Shown: piece after piece, positions 39,234 through 53,691 of the stretch
Position numbering within the stretch: position 1 is the stretch's first letter
Layout: each line of letters opens with the position of its first letter
NCBI GenBank assembly: GCA_012295275.1
Contig: CM022671.1
Location: 20,956,001 to 21,020,000, forward strand
Reading direction: 5' to 3'
Length of the DNA stretch: 64,000 nt
From: Chrysomallon squamiferum
Lineage: Eukaryota > Animalia > Mollusca
The notes under the pieces: model-generated
What the model was told of the DNA's origin: nothing
What the model saw: only the letters and a program-made list of their open reading frames with translations
Databases searched by the model: none
Made by a program: the position numbers and the translations under genes

Positions 39234-42200
39234 TTATCTATCTATCTATCTATCTGTCTAAATCTATGACTCTATCTATATATAAACAAAAAAAAGAAAG
39301 AAAAAAAACCAACAACATTGTCTATTTACGTTTTTCAATTGCATATTTCCTGTCTGTTGAAATAAACACCCATGGCAACATTTAGCCTTTAATTTGTGTC
39401 TTTCAATGTCATGAAAGAAATATACATTTATTCATTTTTGTATATCATTATTTAAATAATAATAAAAAATTTAAAAATTATATTTAAAAAAATATATATA
39501 TACACACACAAATAAATAAAAAAAACAGAGCTTTTGATAATAATATTTGTCTATTAAATAAATACTAATTAATTAATTCAAATAAGAAACTGCAGGAAAG
39601 ACTATAACCTGAATAAAATAAATAAAATTCTAAAAAATCTGTTAACTTTCAACAGAAGTCAACAGTTAAGAAATAAGCCATGGCAAAATAAATGAATGAA
39701 TGTTTAATGACATCCTTTATTTTATCTGTTTGACTTCAGGCTGTAAATCACCATGCATAAAACATATTCCGGTGTTTTAAGAAAAGAAGGTAAAGGGATA
39801 AAGTAATATTGTTCGTTATATTTAGTATCCCTTCATATGTCAGTTAATGAGTATACAGATACCTTATTATATATGCATACATACATACATACATACATAC
39901 ACAGACATATATATATATATTTATACAGAGATAGATAGATAGATATCGATATATATATATATATATATATATAAACTTTGTACCAGGAAAAAGTGATCTG
40001 TCTTATAAGTGATATTTATGTTTTAAAGACTGATAAACTTATTTATTTACCGAACAGTGAACTCAGTAATGTTATCTGTGCTGACAGCACTAAGTTATAT
40101 GTTAAATAAGCAACTTTGTAACTACTGTGTAATTGTAGCAAATGTTTGTGCAATACATATGTGTGTTAATTTTTATCTCAAATGAATTGGACCTATAATG
40201 CAAAGATATGAATATTTTAAAAACAAAATTTAATGGAAATGTTAAATAGTAATATGTATAGAGAAATGGGTGCTTTAGACACTGTTGTCTTATTATTGTT
40301 GTGGTTATGAAGTATTAGTCCTTTTCATTTCAGTCATTGTTATTAATAATATATTTAAATAATTTTATTATCTTCTTTCAGAGCTAAAACTTGATTAAAT
40401 ATGTAGACTAAAATACATTTTGCTGATGTATCATTCACTCAAGTGAACATTTTGGCTATATGTACAAATTATAAAGAGTTTTTGGTAAATATTTAAATAA
40501 TAAAAGAATGTATATGTGCTTAACCACATCCGTTCTTTTATCTTTATGAGATCAGGCCGCAGGTAAATACACATTTTATATATGCTATAATCATAGCAAT
40601 TTTGGTTTCCTTGGTGTCTTTTATTCCTTTTGGCTGTTTGTAAAAGTTGTAGTAACTGTATGTGATTTTTCTCTTCTTTTTTTTTTGGTATATTTAATTC
40701 ATGAAAATTTGATTTTTAAAAATACCCTAATATTTTCCAATGATGAACAATGTGACAGGTCATAGGAACTATTTCTGTTTTTACTTTATTTTTGCATCTC
40801 TCTTACACCAGCTACTGTGTTATAAATATAAAAAAAAAGCTAGTTCTGTTAAATGATCTGTAAAGAAATTATGGTTTTATTTACTTGTGTGTGTATGTGA
40901 GTGGAGAGAAATGCAGGTATGCCATATTTGATATTAGTAATAACAAAGTCCCAAATTAAATACTTAGACTTATGGATGGTATTAGTACTGTTACAGTAGA
41001 AATATCAATTCAGATATAACTACTACCATATGACAATATGTCAATATTAGACATAAAATAAAATTAAACTAAACAAACAGAAAAATACTATTACTTGAGT
41101 TTCTGTAGAATAGATTGTTATACTTATTGTTATTAGCTAACCTTTATCTCAAAACTGAGTAATCATTTTTAGCATTGCATTCATCAGGGATTGTAATTAT
41201 TACATGTAAATCTTAACAATAAAAGATTACCAGTATTTAAGGATTTAAATACTTATAGCTGTTATCAGATGTAGCTTGCATCTTTTGTTTATGATTATCC
41301 TTACTATCATTTCTCCAACAGCTTTTACAGGTGTTTGTGTGTTTTGACATAACTGTGTTATAAAAGTGTCAGTCTGTTACTCATTTGTAATGATATGTAA
41401 CTGAGATAAAGCAAGTCAGTCTGGTTAAACATTGTATTGTTTATTTTGTTGGGTTTTGTGTCTGTGTGTGTGTGTGTGTGGGTGTGTTTTCTTTCTTTCT
41501 TTTTTTATAAAACTTTATTTAGATATTATAGGTCTCATGTAAAATACCAACCATTTAATCAAACATTTGGTATCTGCTTACATCTACTGAATTTTCAGAC
41601 ACATCTGACACTAGGACACAAGCAGGTCTATCCAGTTTATGATTTCTGTAACACCTTTTTCAAAGTTATTGCGTGTTTTGGGCAGGGGTTCAAATTGTTT
41701 TTAATGTTTTAAAATATTTTTTATACACAATTCTTTTACAAACATTAATAAGTTAGTCAAAGGTTAGAAATATATTAACATCTAATAATGGTTCAGTGAT
41801 ATCTGTGATGAGTCGATGACCCTGAGTCTGAATTATCTTCTTTCCTAGACACTATTGATTAGTTACACAAGATTATAGATTTGTTTTTATCTCCCTTCCA
41901 TATTAGCAGAGGGCACATGCCACAACCAGAATTTGAACCTAGTACCTTATTTTCTGCTTTAACTGTCACAGTTTACAACTGCACAACAAAGGCTGAAGAT
42001 AAAACTGTAAATTTTATCATACATTAATTATATATTTGTAAAATGATGAAATAAAATAAAATAAAGTAGTAATGATGACAACGACAATGATGGTAATTTC
42101 TGTAAAAAGACAGGTTTGTTTCAGCTGTACAAGTATTAGGTAAACAAAATCTTAATGCACATAATTCTTCTCAGGTGATACAGTATCAAAGGACATTTGC

Positions 42201-45163
42201 ACTGTTAGGTCACTGATACAGAAAATCTGCTGATTAAGCAACCAGTTCAGGATTTGAACACATGTATGTGTAAATGATATCTTTTCCCATTTACAGTACT
42301 GTATAAAATTATTTTCTAGGCAACTATTTCTCTTTATTCTAATGACTTCTATAAAATTGCAATGAAAATTAAATCCAGCTTCTTGTTAAAATAATTTAAA
42401 ACACTTATTTATTTTTGTTATTTTTTGTTATTCTTTTAATATGGGTACCCACACACACACACACATTTATACAGAAGTTTGTTTTGCTGTTTGCACATCA
42501 CATCAACAGGCTGAACAGCAGTTCAAATCAAATATTTACATCCAGACTATGGATGTGTGCTACTAATAAAACTTCTGTTCACATAAATGTTAATATATTT
42601 AATCAGAAAAACAATAATATTTGAAATATTCAGAGATTATAATTTAAAATATATATATATATAAAAAAAAAAAATAATAATAATAATAATAATAATTTAA
42701 AGGATAATTTATAATAATCATTGAGAATATTTGTTTAGTGTCAGGAAAAATCAAAAAGGAAGAAATAATGAACTCTGACAAAAATATAAACAATTAAATT
42801 ACTGGAAAAAGAATGAGGTATGTTATTTATCATAGCAATGTCACAGTAACTAAAACTGTATGTGAATCATGTGACATTATTAAATTTTGTATAAAACTAC
42901 CAAACATGTATTTATTTCTCTTTGCAATAGCTGTTACTGAAGGTACTCCAGAAATTTAAAAATAATTATATTATTCTACAGATATCAGACAACTTATCCA
43001 GAAAACTAGAATGACTGAAAATCCAGCGTTAGAACTACACTGATTTGTATTTATTAAATACAGTTTTTTCATTATTTACTATATATTTTAAATATTCATA
43101 TTTTGAACTTTGGTTCCCCTAAAAAATAGAATTGTGGGTCATCTTCTGTGGATAATTGGTCTGACACCTGTAATAAATTTTTAAAATCCAGACATACAGA
43201 GCTATGCCTACTTCTCTTTGCTTATTAAAGTTATTTCTATTACATTTCTACATATATTTGCTTTCCACTTACAGGCACACTGACAAGATGTCTGGAGAGC
43301 TTAGAAAGTTTAGACAAGGAAAATCCTGAAGGGTCAAAAGCAACAGATGCTCTCCGACAGGTTAGAAAATAAATAAATTATTATGGGTGTTTTTGTTTGT
43401 GTATATGTGTTGGTGTGTGTGGGTGTGTGTGTTAAATAAAATCTGTGTAAAAAAACAACTGCATAGATATTTTACTTGGTAGAGATTCATGTTTTGTGTC
43501 TTTTAAATTCATGTGACTTGTAATTTACTTTATATGTGAATTCAGATGTCATATGGTATTTGATTTATTGGGTGATACATATTCTGGTATCTATGGAATG
43601 TGTTCATCTTTCTAATCATTTTTGAAATTAATTATAGATATAAATGTGGACAGATTCTTTTTTTTTTTTTAGCTGTTTGTTTTATAGCGATTTTTTTAAA
43701 TTTTTATATTTTTGTTTTATTTTTTCTGTCTCTTTCTGTATATTATTATTATTACATATTTTTTAAACATTACCTTTTGTAATCCCTTATCTTGAAAAAA
43801 CTTTCTTATTGATGTAGATATTCTTTTCTTTTAATTCTACCACAATTTTATTTAAATTACATTATTTCAGAATGACATATTAACTTCCATAAAAGTTAAT
43901 TATAAGAAACGTCTTCTGCCATAGATACTATAGAAATTAAATGTTTTCAAGTTTGGTTTTTTTTTTTTTTGTTGTTGTTTTTTAAAAAATTCTTATTATA
44001 ATTGTTTATAATTTTAAAATTCTGATGTTAAAAAACTAGATTCTTTGATATAATCAACACAGACATTTTCTTTATTTAAACTTCAGACACTAAATGCTGC
44101 TTATCAAGTGGAGATAACAGTCAGATCCAGTTCTTCTCTGATTAAAGTACTTCTGGAAAGAATGAAACAGGTATTAAAAACATTACATACATTTTTTATG
44201 TGAACATTATCAAAATATACCTGTCTTTCTCCTACCTGAAAAAAGTTATTTGAGGTTTGTATATCTAACATTGCTTTAGAAATGCTGTGGTTCCTTGATT
44301 TTAGCAGTCTTCAAATTGAGCAGCCATCTACAGATTATGGAGACTTTTCCTAAGTCCTATTATTTTTCAACAGATATGTCCATTAGTTCAGTGGATACCT
44401 GCTGAACACAGACACAGTCAACATGTTTTGATTATTATTATTCCATTGCTAAAGCAAACAATCATAGAGATTTGGATTTGTTTTCTCCAAAATAAATAAT
44501 TGCATTGAACAGCAGATTTATACATTATTTTTAAAGATGCTATTGCCCAATTCCAGCACTGCACAAAGCATGGCAAGGAATATTGTTTTTGTCGAATCAC
44601 AAGAGCCCATGAAATGTAATTGCTTGTCTGCCAAATCATGCAAATTCAAACCTTTTAATAGATATTTTTGATAATTCAAACATTCAACATCATTCCATGC
44701 ATATATGTTTTATAAACACTGCACCTTTACAGACTTTTGAGTTCTATTTGGTTTTCAAAGACAGTATTGGTAAAACAAACCTTTCACTTATTTTGAGTTT
44801 TATGATGTGCAAAATATGTTTTATTTATAACCTTCAACGAAATCCATGTTTGCAGTTGTGTTTTAAGAGAAAGCTGCAATGCAATAACCAGCCACAACAA
44901 TTTATGTGTGTTGTGGATATTTCTGTAATGGATGTAACTAAAGATTGTAAATATGTTCAAATAAACTGTCTGTAATTTTGGTTCCTCTGATGAGAGAACA
45001 CCTGCAGTATTGTGATACGTTTGCTCAGCACCACCTGTGCTCAAACAAAACAGATAGAACTGTGTTATGAAATTAATATAAATGTGCATTAATTTTGACA
45101 CTTGTACATGAGCATTGATTGTCTGCTAAGAATCTATACTGACTGAATCCATTTCATGAGAAA

Positions 45164-45221
<58 letters not shown>

Positions 45222-46273
45222 TCTTTATTTTTAGATAAGAAGTAGAAATATTTTTAATACTGTAATTTTTGTTTCTGTTTTAAATGCCACATATTTTATC
45301 ATAAAGTTGAGTAAGTTCACAGTTTTTTTTAATTTTTTTTTTTTAACACCTGTCTTCCTTTTATATCTATTTTGTTTGTGTTGTTTTATAGAAACTTGTA
45401 TCTACATCCTGGCTTTGTGTTTATTATTATTACTAAATTTCATTTTATTTATTATAATCTGCTGTTTTCTTTTACAACTAACTTTATTTATTTAGTTGAC
45501 CTTGGGTTTTTTTTTTTTTTTATTGTTGTTTCAAGTTTGTTCAGTATTTTTGATACTTGTAAACCTGCCACAGTTTTCCAAAACTTGCAATTCGCACAAA
45601 AAAAAAGAAGAAAGAAAGTCAATAACACAAGTTATTATTTAAATGTCTGATATGTTTTACTGGTAATCAATGTCACATTGAATATATTTCTATTATCACC
45701 AATGTTGTTGTTGTTGTTGTTGTGTTTGTCTTTACAGCTGGTGCAGGCAATGCCGTGGAAAACGCCACCAATCATTGATGCAGAGTGGAAGAAGAGAGTA
45801 GCATCTGACATGTTGAATAGTCTGAGTGAGGCAAGGTGGGATATCTATCGAGTCCCAGTTCAACTTTTTAAAATAGTCAAACAGGGGTAGATCACTAACT
45901 GGGATATACATTTCGAAAATAATCTTAGTAAAACAAGATGAGATAACTAATACTATATAATTATACATTTTTGAAACAATGTAAGGTGGGATGGCTTGCA
46001 CTAGGTTATACTTTTTAAAAATTAGCATTAATGAGACAATATGGACTAGCCAATACTTGGTTATAAAAGAAGAAAAAAAAAATATGTCATATCAAAATTA
46101 AGCCATAAAACAATATGTACAAAAATAAATATTATGTTTGCATTCAATTGTATTAACTCTTAGATAATTTTTGGTAATGAATTTTATTTATTTTATTTAT
46201 TTATTTATTTGTTTATTTATTTAATTATTTATTTATTTATTATTGTCATTATTATTATTGATATTTTATTTTA

Positions 46274-46321
<48 letters not shown>

Positions 46322-49300
46322 TGCAATTTTAATTTTAAATTCTTATTTTAGTTTATTGTTTAATTTTTTTATTATTATTATTATTATTTTAATTGTTATT
46401 ATTATTTCTATTACTTGGTTTTTGTAGGTTGGCTAAAAGTATATCATCACAGATTAAAGAAAGGCTAACAAAATCACACGACGGATTTCTCTCATCTCTA
46501 GAACAGTTGAAGAATCGACATGCTGGCAGACTGAGCAAAATTGAAGAACAGCGTTTGAAACTTCGTAAAGTGCATGCTCCAAAAGTGGCCAAACTAGCCC
46601 TGGAGAGCACTTCTCTCAAAGATGTGGTGCAGTATGGTACATTTTAAAGTATATTTTATAGATGAAAATATAAATGTATACTGCTGCATATTATTCATGT
46701 ATGTTGTTGGATTTATTATGTATAAGAATGCTGTGGTACAGTTTTAAGTTAAAAATATGATGTAAATAATTAGATAATAAATCCAACAATGAGTATTATT
46801 ATTAATATGTGTATTTGTTACTTTTTTTGTAGATATATATATCTATGTAATATTTTTACCTTTCGTAAATAAATAAATACTAGTTTTAAATTCAGTGATG
46901 AAAAATTACAATATGAATGTAAATCACAGCATATTAATTAAATATTCAGCTGGTTACAAAAACCATCAATAAAAAAAAAAGATGTTTGACAAAAGAAATA
47001 TTTTTATTTAAAAATAAATGAAATCTTCTGTCTTAAGTTTTTATAAGTTCTTACATTTTGTTTCAGAATGCATCTTTCTCAAAGATATATGGCTGCAATC
47101 TATTTAGCAAATGAACTGTCCATTATTGCATATATTATATACCAGATTCTTTATTTACCAGAATGATATAAACATATATTAATCTGTTTCTTTTACACAT
47201 ATATTTTTACTATCTATTATTAGAATTTCTGTTTACACCTTTCAGTTAATTGCTCACCTATCGTATAATAGCTTCACTAGTGATATGGTTGAAGGGGGGC
47301 ACTTTATTTCTTTTAAATATATTATTATTTATTTTCCTTTTATTTTTTTTTTTTTTTTTGTTGTTTGCATATTCAGTTTTGGGTTTACCTTAGATTAGTG
47401 AATGTTAATGAAACATGGAACCTAATGCTGTATTTTAATTAACTTGCAATTAAATCCATGTGCTTTCAGGAATGCCTCAGATGGGTCGAGAGGTTGGGCG
47501 GGGTCAGTATGGAGTGGTGTATGCCTGTGACTTCTGGGCTGAACATTCCCCAGTGGCCATCAAGTCTGTTGTACCTCCTGATGACAAACACTGGAATGAC
47601 TTAGCCCTGGAGTTCTTCTACACAAAGTGAGAATCCATTCAGTCTTTTTCTTTCTCTCTCTTTTTCTCACGTTTCACTTACTTTTTACATGTATTTGCAT
47701 TTTTTAATATGATAAAAGGTTTGAGCTCTGATTATTACAGCATAGCAGCAGGTATCCAAAATGTTTATGTAAATTATTTCAGAAATATTCCAGAACATGA
47801 CAGGATTGTAGCACTGCGGGGCTCGGTGATAGACTACATGTATGGAGGAGGTACATCTCCTGCTGTTCTCCTAGTCATGGACAGGTTACAGAAAGATCTG
47901 TATGCAGCCATCAAACAGGGGCTAGACTGGATAAGCAGGTACAGTACTTTTTTTACATACTGAAAATTAGTAATTTTGGTGTTTGAATATGTTTGTATGT
48001 GTGTGTGTGTTCATGTATTCAATGCTTGAGTGTATGTTTGTTTTTGACTTAGAAAGAGAATGAGTGTAGTTAATGATGGTATGTATTTTTGGAGAGACCA
48101 AATGAATGAATGTTTCTTTGGGAGACAATTTTCTCGCTTACTAAAAATATACAAAAAAAAAAAAAAAAAAAATGTTTTTTTAACTGTTTATTCATGTTAA
48201 ACTGACACTCCTTCAGTTTTGTTTTAAGTTCTCTTGATCAGTGTAAAAACTTGTAGTTATGCAACTGAATTATGTTTACTTAAATATGATTATTCTTGCT
48301 AGTATAATGAAATCATTTTGTTTTTGTTTTTCTAGGCTTCAAGTGGCCATTGATGTGGTAGAAGGAATTAGATTTTTACACAGTCAGGGTCTAGTTCACA
48401 GAGATATAAAGCTGAAAAATGTTCTGGTATGATCATACATTTTATAATACTCATTTAATAAATTTGTCAGAATTTGTTTTGGAATAGAAAATAGTAGTAT
48501 AGTGTAGTTGATTAGCTTTAAGCCTTTAATGTGATACATAAACAAAACTTTTGACAAGTCAGTGGAATGTAGTCATGGAAATTGAAACTAGTAATATGTT
48601 CATGTTTTTACTTCGTTTAAAACCAAAATTCTAAAATAAAAGATAATTTCACTGTAATTTAAATTTAGACAAATTAAAACACTTGGCTGCAGAAAACAGT
48701 TTCTTTTAGGAAATTGATTTGTTTTCAAATTGATTTTTTCATTTATTGCTTGATTTCAACATGTTATAGATTATTTTGAATTGCTTTAATTATTATTATT
48801 ACTTTTTAAAAATTTATTTCATTTTTTATTTATTTATATTTATAAAAATATTTTTATTATTTTAATTATTTTTTAAAAATTTATTCAGATATTTTATAGA
48901 ATTTTTTTTTTTTTTTTTTTTTTTTGGAAGTGCTGTTTTTAGTTTTTTTTTTTATATTTATTCTCATTTGATTCATTTTATTTTGATGATTTATTCTCAT
49001 TTATTTGTTCAATATTAAGAAATGTATAAATATTTCTATTTTTCAAAACATTTTATCATTTACTTTTGTAAATATGTATCTTCCTTCAGCTTGACCGAGA
49101 CAATCGAGGTAAGATCACAGATCTGGGTTTCTGCAAGCCCGAGGCCATGATGAGTGGAAGTATCGTCGGCACTCCTATCCACATGGCTCCTGAACTGTTC
49201 ACTGGTCAGTACGACAACAGCGTTGATGTGTACGCATTCGGCATTCTGTTCTGGTATGTGTGTGCTGGACATGTGCGGCTTCCTTCAGCATTTGAACAGT

Positions 49301-49515
49301 GTGCTAACAAAGACCATCTGTGGCAGTCAGTGAAAAAAGGTATTTTTAAAAATAAGATCAAAATTAATCTTGTTATTAAATTGTTACTATTATTATTATT
49401 ATTAGTAGTAGTAGTAGTAGTAGTAGTATTTTCTGCTGTTATTTTTATATTATTATTCTATTATTATTGTTGCTATTATTATTTTTATTATTATTTTTAT
49501 TATTATTATTATTAT

Positions 49516-49547
<32 letters not shown>

Positions 49548-49631
49548 TTTTCTGCTGTTATTTTTATATTATTATTCTATTATTATTGTTGCTATTATTA
49601 TTTTTATTATTATTTTTATTATTATTATTAT

Positions 49632-49679
<48 letters not shown>

Positions 49680-49758
49680 AAGTAGTAGTATTTTCTGCTG
49701 TTATTTTTATATTATTATTCTGTTATTATTGTTACAATTGTTATTGTTGCTATTATTA

Positions 49759-49796
<38 letters not shown>

Positions 49797-50049
49797 TCAC
49801 TATTTAGGACTACGTCCAGAAAAGCTGCCCACATTTGATGAAGACTGCTGGAACCTGATGCAGACTTGTTGGGAGAAAGAAAATAATAAACGTCCATACC
49901 TTGGTGACGTGCAGACCACACTCGCTTCCATTTTTGAACGATTCAGAAAAACCACACCCCAACCACAAAGCAAATCGAGAGAAAACAGACGCCAGTCTCT
50001 GAATATTTCAAAACAACTACATCATCACCATCATCACCAGGCTCAGTAG
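34957..50049 (+). CDS. DSTYK: Dual serine/threonine and tyrosine protein kinase (RIP5/Dusty); 13 coding exons, 951 aa
   Basis: Exons 34957-35080, 35697-36229, 36521-37193, 37645-37797, 43275-43360, 44087-44170, 45738-45835, 46428-46636, 47470-47626, 47783-47938, 48336-48426, 49090-49339, 49808-50049 (2856 nt with stop); all GT-AG and phase-consistent. Diagnostic DSTYK sequences: [114 protein letters not shown]. Confidence 0.96.
35548..35622. repeat. (TATG)n(TG)n microsatellite
   Basis: Direct reading; lies in DSTYK intron 1. Confidence 0.95.
41909..41996 (-). mobile_element. tRNA-derived SINE head remnant in DSTYK intron 4
   Basis: Minus strand reads cagcctttgttgtgcagttgtaa...aaggtactaggttcaaattctgg: degenerate Pol III A box and B box (ggttcaaa) at tRNA-like spacing, with no cloverleaf or CCA. 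Confidence 0.45.
49383..49797. repeat. Three-copy tandem duplication of a compound (TAT)n/(AGT)n microsatellite unit in the last DSTYK intron
   Basis: Unique core attttctgctgttatttttatattattattct recurs at about 49428, 49547 and 49690, each preceded by (agt)n and followed by (tat)n. Confidence 0.9.
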
Positions 50050-51654
50050 AGGGCATGTCACTTTCTTAATTGCAGAGAAGAGAACAAAATATGAAAGGCT
50101 TATAGAACTTACTTAGTCTAACCAGTAGAATAGTTTTGAAATAATTGATATTGAAGTTATAAATTTATAAAGAAACAAAATTTAAGTTATTACTCATAAA
50201 GATGTTTGTAGATTTGATACTGGTTCTCTCAGTTAAAATCACAAGTAAAAATGAAAGTATTTTTAAAATTATATGAAAATAACCAGTAAAAGAAAATATT
50301 TTGTATTTCCTTACATGTCTTCCAAGAGACAAAGTATTGCCAATAGTGCTCTGTACCACATATTTGTTTCTGAAACAAATGCTTATTTTTGTGCTTTGCC
50401 ACAGTAGTTTTTAGGTATTGTTTTGTTATGGATTGATTGTTCAGCTGTTGTTAATTACCAAGATATTTGTAATTTTTGTATCAAAGAAAGCAGTTTGCCT
50501 GTGATAATGAGTAAAGATGGATACATAATAAAATAGAACCTATGCAGAATAATTCAGTAAATGTTGGTGAGCATAAAATATTCACAAGTTTAATTAGGTC
50601 ATCTGAAACATTAAAGTTTCACAGTGCTAGCCACAATAAAAAACAAAAATAGAAAAACAGAAAAAGTAAGTAAAATATTAGCAAATTTAACTCATTATTA
50701 ATTAAGATCAAACATCTCAAAAAACAAAACAAAATACAGCACTGAAGTATACAGAATATATTTAGTTGTTTTTTTCCTATCACCTTAGGTAAATTTTAAT
50801 ATGTAAATATTCTATAGATGTTTATACATATACTAACATGCACTAACATATATCTGTAAATAAAACTTATTTGTGCCTTGTGGCTTCCAGTGTTAAATAG
50901 TTTTATATACTTTTGTGTTCATTTAAAATATTATTCCATGTCTTTCAAAAGATAACTGTCTTTATGGACATGTAATGTCACCTGTTGTAAAATGTAGATT
51001 ATTATCATGTTTTGCTTTTAGTAATTGTTGTTTTTGTTTTTATTATTATTATTATTGTTGTTGTTTAGTTTCTTATTGTTGTGCTTAAAAAATATATTTA
51101 AAGCATATTCCATTTCTGACTTTAGTCTGAGGTTTTGTATTTTTTCTTAAAATGTGTTTAACACAAGATCCATTTCTGATTAATTATTTATTATAAATAT
51201 TAATTAATAGAAAATGTATGGGATAAATAAAATTAAGTTTTCTGTTTCAGATTCTGCAATTTTGCAGAAAATACATTTAAAGCTGATTAAATGAATTAGT
51301 AGAAAATGAATTGGAAAAAACAAATTTTTATTTTCCAGTTGAGATTTTGCTGTTTTGCAGAAAAGAAATTCAAAGCTTGATTTGTGATTAATTAATAGAA
51401 ATAATACGGAAAGAATAATTTTTTTTCTATTTTTAATTTTTTTCATCATCTATATATAGTCACAATTTTCATCACACTGTATTTTTCATATGTTCATTTT
51501 TATTTGTATATTTAAAGAAAGAACAAACAAAATAGTGTCAAGTACTGTTTTGATTTAGAGATTTCATCAATTTATCTATTTTATATACATATATACTGAT
51601 GTTGTAAGAGCATGTACTTTATATTTCATTTTTTGTGTATTATTATAATTATTA

Positions 51655-51903
51655 CTCATTGAGAATCCTTTATCTGAAATGCTTGAGACTATAAATGTTT
51701 GAGATTTCAGAATCTTTTGGAATATAAGAAAATAGCCTTAGTATGGCCTTAGTCTAGGATCTAAGTCTAAATATAAATTCCATTTTTACGTTCGGCTTAC
51801 ACAAATAGTCTGAAGGATATTATATATAATATTTTTAATAACTAAGTTTTCATTGTTTAGATTTCCACTCAGAAAATATTTTGGATAAAGGATCCTCAAC
51901 TGG
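51655..51903. mobile_element. pogo/Tigger-type MITE remnant (Tigger4/MER46-like), about 1.6 kb downstream of the DSTYK stop
   Basis: Imperfect TIRs ttgagaatcctttatctgaaat (51659-51680) and attttggataaaggatcctcaa (51878-51899) match at 19/22 when inverted; TA precedes the left end. Internal sequence resembles my recollection of the MER46/Tigger4 consensus. Confidence 0.65.
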
Positions 51904-52458
51904 AATTATCATTATTATTATTATCATTTTTATCATCATCATTATAGTGACAGCATATATTTCTTGTTTTATTATTTTTATTATTTATTTATCATTTTTC
52001 CCCATTTTTAAATAAAGAGACCCCCATTAAAATCATTAGATTTATTTCAACAATTAATTAAACATATTATAATGCTGATATAATAATATACTTAATAACA
52101 CTTCATTCTCTCTAGTGTGATTTGTTTCCATTCAATTTTGATAAAATTTTAAAAACATATTTGTTTTGTTACTGATGACTTTCAATCTCATCATGTTGTT
52201 AAGTATTTAATTTGAAATTAGGTCATAATTGTATGTTGAGCTTGTCTGAAAATATTGTTTTACATAGACTTAATTGTTTCAAAATTTCTGGTACAAACTC
52301 AAGACTGACTGAATGCTTCTTGCCTAACTGCATAATTATGATTTATAGAAATTAGCCCAAACTTAGAGACTAGGAACTGATGTTAGATAAATTAATTAAT
52401 ACTCTCTCTTTTTAGATATTATAATTATAAATGTATTTGTTTCATTATTATTACTATT

Positions 52459-52518
<60 letters not shown>

Positions 52519-53653
52519 AAAAATGTGTTGTTCATTTACTTCTCCAAAGGCCATACTATTAAATGGTTTATTCCATATTGGTTGAAAATCATGCTGTAGA
52601 TAATTATTTTTAACTTACGATTTTTATTTATTTATTTTCTTATTTATTTATTAATTATTTCTGCTACAACGACTGCATTTACTGCTATTATTAATAATTT
52701 TATTACCACTACTACTACTACTACTATTATTATCATTTTTACTATAGTACTACTACTACTAACATTCTCATCATCATCATTATTACTATTATTATTAATA
52801 TTGCAATTTACACAACCACTAGAACTCATTGATACTGAAAATATTTTAGTAACCAATAACCATTTATTGAAAATTTCCATATACAATCATTTCTGACATC
52901 TGTTCACATATCTTTTCTTTAATAATTTCCTTTGTAAAATTAATCACATTTATTACATAATAATTATGATGTTGATTGCTTTGTTATTGCTTTATCAGTA
53001 TAGTTAGGATAGAGCAATAAGAAACAGAGATTTGATATAGATTATGCAGCTATTATTTAATGTAGACATATTAAAAACCAGATATTTGATGTGTGCTTTA
53101 TATGTAATTACTATTTAACGTTGAAATAACTTGGTAATTTTTTGTCATCTTCAAATGAAACAAATAACCATTCTGTGAGAAAACAAAATTAATCTATAGT
53201 TTTGGGCGGGGGGTTGTAGTTTTTGTTGGAGAAAAAATAATTGTAAAATTAAGTGTGTGAAATATTTTATCATTCATATGCTTATAAAAAGTGTAATTTG
53301 CCTCATTTTACTTCTCAGATGAATCAAAACTGTATTATTTTTACAAACAATTTTTAATTATTATTTTATTGTTGTTTTTTCCACATGGGCATTTGAATAT
53401 TGCAACTTTTCCATATATAATGTATGGTCAGAATTTGTATCATCTCATGACATTTTTGTAGATATTTATATGAAAATTCGTATTTATTGTTACCACTATT
53501 TTATTTTATTTTTTCCTTGTTTGTGTGTGTATGTCAATGTCTGTGTACATACATACACATAATACATATATATACATTAAAGAACAAAACAAAAATAAAA
53601 CTTGTATATATTTAAACTGACTAATAGTATAATGCTATTTAAAAAGTAAATAG

Positions 53654-53691
<38 letters not shown>

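Noticed and set aside
41909-41996. Functional tRNA gene
   Set aside because: A and B boxes are degenerate and no cloverleaf forms; better explained as a SINE remnant.
49114-49135. DLG in place of DFG as a sign of a pseudokinase
   Set aside because: DLG is the normal DSTYK sequence, and the Gly loop, VAIK lysine, HRD and APE motifs are intact.
49060-49272. Antisense or off-frame ORFs over real exons (16452-16679, 26403-26750, 34926-35108, 36776-36967, 46389-46619, 49060-49272, 59306-59524)
   Set aside because: Shadows of GC-richer coding exons on the other strand or frame.
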